NCBI GenBank assembly: GCA_032718475.1
Contig: JAUCBJ010007108.1
Location: 1-64,000, forward strand
Source: Nemertoderma westbladi
Lineage: Eukaryota; Animalia; Xenacoelomorpha
Direction: 5' to 3'
Length of the DNA: 64,000 bases
Shown here: piece by piece, positions 62,330-64,000 of the stretch
Position numbering within the stretch: the first letter of the stretch is position 1
Layout of the letters: each line of letters begins with the position of its first letter
The notes under the pieces: generated by a model
What the model was told of the DNA's origin: nothing
Databases searched by the model: none
Seen by the model: only the letters and a program-made list of their open reading frames with translations
Program-made: the position numbers and the translations under genes

Positions 62330-64000
62330 ACAACGATATTGATGTCAATTATCCGTTTGCCAAGTACGAGAGCCTACTGGTCTAAGAATCTTCGCATTTC
62401 GCTAATTGCCGATATACTGAACTGAATGTTAATCGATGGGAGGATACACAACCTTCACTTTAACGATAGCTCACAAATTGACAAAGATAACATAGACCGA
62501 CTTTTCAAATTCCGCCTAATTCTAGAATCAGTTCAGAAAACGTTTCTTGCGCTTCCTAAGGAATCTGAATTATCCCGTGACGAACAAGTAATACCATTCA
62601 AGGGCCGAAGTACTTTGAAGAAGTACAATCCGAAGAATCCACATAAATGGGGATATGTAATGTATGTTCTTTGTGGGAGTTCCGGAATGGCTATGTATTA
62701 GAGTTTAGTACAGGACAAGTTACGATGGCTACAGATGAGCCAAACATAGGGGCCAGCTCCAGTTACTATGGCTCCTGGTGAGCCAAACATAGGGGCCAGC
62801 TCCAGTTACTATGGCTCCTGAAGAGCCAAACATAGGGGCCAGCTCCAAAACAATGGCTCCATATGAGCCAAACATAGGGGCCAGCTCCAGGTACTATGGC
62901 TTCTGATGAGCCAAACATAGGGGCTAGCTCCAGTTACTATGGCTCCTGATGAGCCAAACATAGGGGCCAGCTCCAGTTACTATGGCTCCTGATGAGCCAA
63001 ACATAGGGGCCAGCTCCAGTTACGATGGCTACAGATGAGCTAAACATAGGGGCCAGCTCCAGTTACTATGGCTCCTGATGAGCCAAACATAGGGGCCAGC
63101 TCCAGTTACTATGGCTCCTGATGAGCCAAACATAGGGGCCAGCTCCAGTTACTATGGCTCCTGATGAGCCAAACATAGGGGCCAGCTCCAGTTACTATGG
63201 CTCCTGATGAGCCAAACATAGGGGCCAGCTCCAGTTACTATGGCTCCTGATGAGCCAAACATAGGGGCCAGCTCCAGTTACTATGGCTCCTGATGAGCCA
63301 AACATAGGGGCCAGCTCCAGTTACTATGGCTCCTGATGAGCCAAACATAGGGGCCAGCTCCAGTTACTATGGCTCCTGATGAGCCAAACATAGGGGCCAG
63401 CTCCAGTTACTATGGCTCCTGATGAGCCAAACATAGGGGCCAGCTCCAGTTACTATGGCTCCTGATGAGCCAAACATAGGGGCCAGCTCCAGTTACTATG
63501 GCTCCTGATGAGCCAAACATAGGGGCCAGCTCCAGTTACTATGGCTCCTGATGAGCCAAACATAGGGGCCAGCTCCAGTTACTATGGCTCCTGATGAGCC
63601 AAACATAGGGGCCAGCTCCAATATTATAATTCGATTATGCAGATCCGTTCCACGTCACATGAATCATGGAGTATACTTTGATAATTATTTTACTTCCATC
63701 GATTTACAAGTTTCACTGAGTTATTCGGAGAACTAGCATTGGGTACAGCGCGATCTAACAGACTGAGGGGCTGAGGGGGTGAGGGGCTGCATGATGAGAG
63801 AGGACAATGAGATGAAGAAGAGAGGATCTTATGATGAACGGGTTTGTACCGTTGATGGGCAGGAACTTAGTTGTGTCAAGTGGCATTCTATCTTTTCTCC
63901 ATCTTCGTTGGAAGCCAACCCGTTGGAACTGTGAAACGTTAAAGTCCTAACGAGTAAATTAGACGTAGATTGTCCCGCAGTAATCAAAGTTTACAATCGA
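62330..64000 (+). pseudogene. Degenerate piggyBac-type transposase interrupted by a tandem array
   Basis: LHFND, DEQVIPFKGR, YNPKNPHKWG before the array; YFDNYFTS after it; stops and frameshifts. Confidence 0.85.
62718..63620. repeat. 43-bp tandem array, ~21 copies, inside the piggyBac coding sequence
   Basis: Unit GATGAGCCAAACATAGGGGCCAGCTCCAGTTACTATGGCTCCT. Confidence 0.95.

Overview
Eukaryotic (animal, probably invertebrate) genomic DNA: AT-rich, GT-AG introns, dense in transposons. Host genes: an intronless ~2000-aa NIPBL/Nipped-B/Scc2 cohesin loader (8120-14128, +); an orphan coiled-coil gene on the - strand whose predicted 22-kb intron spans 21944-44179; and the first four coding exons of a SCAMP gene lacking NPF repeats (47290-50491, +, continues beyond the window). 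The centrepiece is an 18.6-kb BEL/Pao LTR retrotransposon (24148-42788, - strand), nested in a Helentron/DINE-1-like element inside that intron. It has two unusual properties. (1) It has no tRNA-type PBS: the 11 nt abutting the 5' LTR are exactly complementary to an 11-mer inside its own LTR, the geometry of Tf1-type self-priming. (2) In the env position it carries a ~1414-codon ORF with a DEDDy-like 3'-5' exonuclease and CCHC zinc knuckles, preceded by a G-U-rich RNA hairpin. Other mobile DNA: Ginger, Kolobok-like foldback, Merlin, AcademX, piggyBac and CR1/L2 relics, several MITEs and seven tandem arrays. All calls come from reading motifs by eye; no database search was run.
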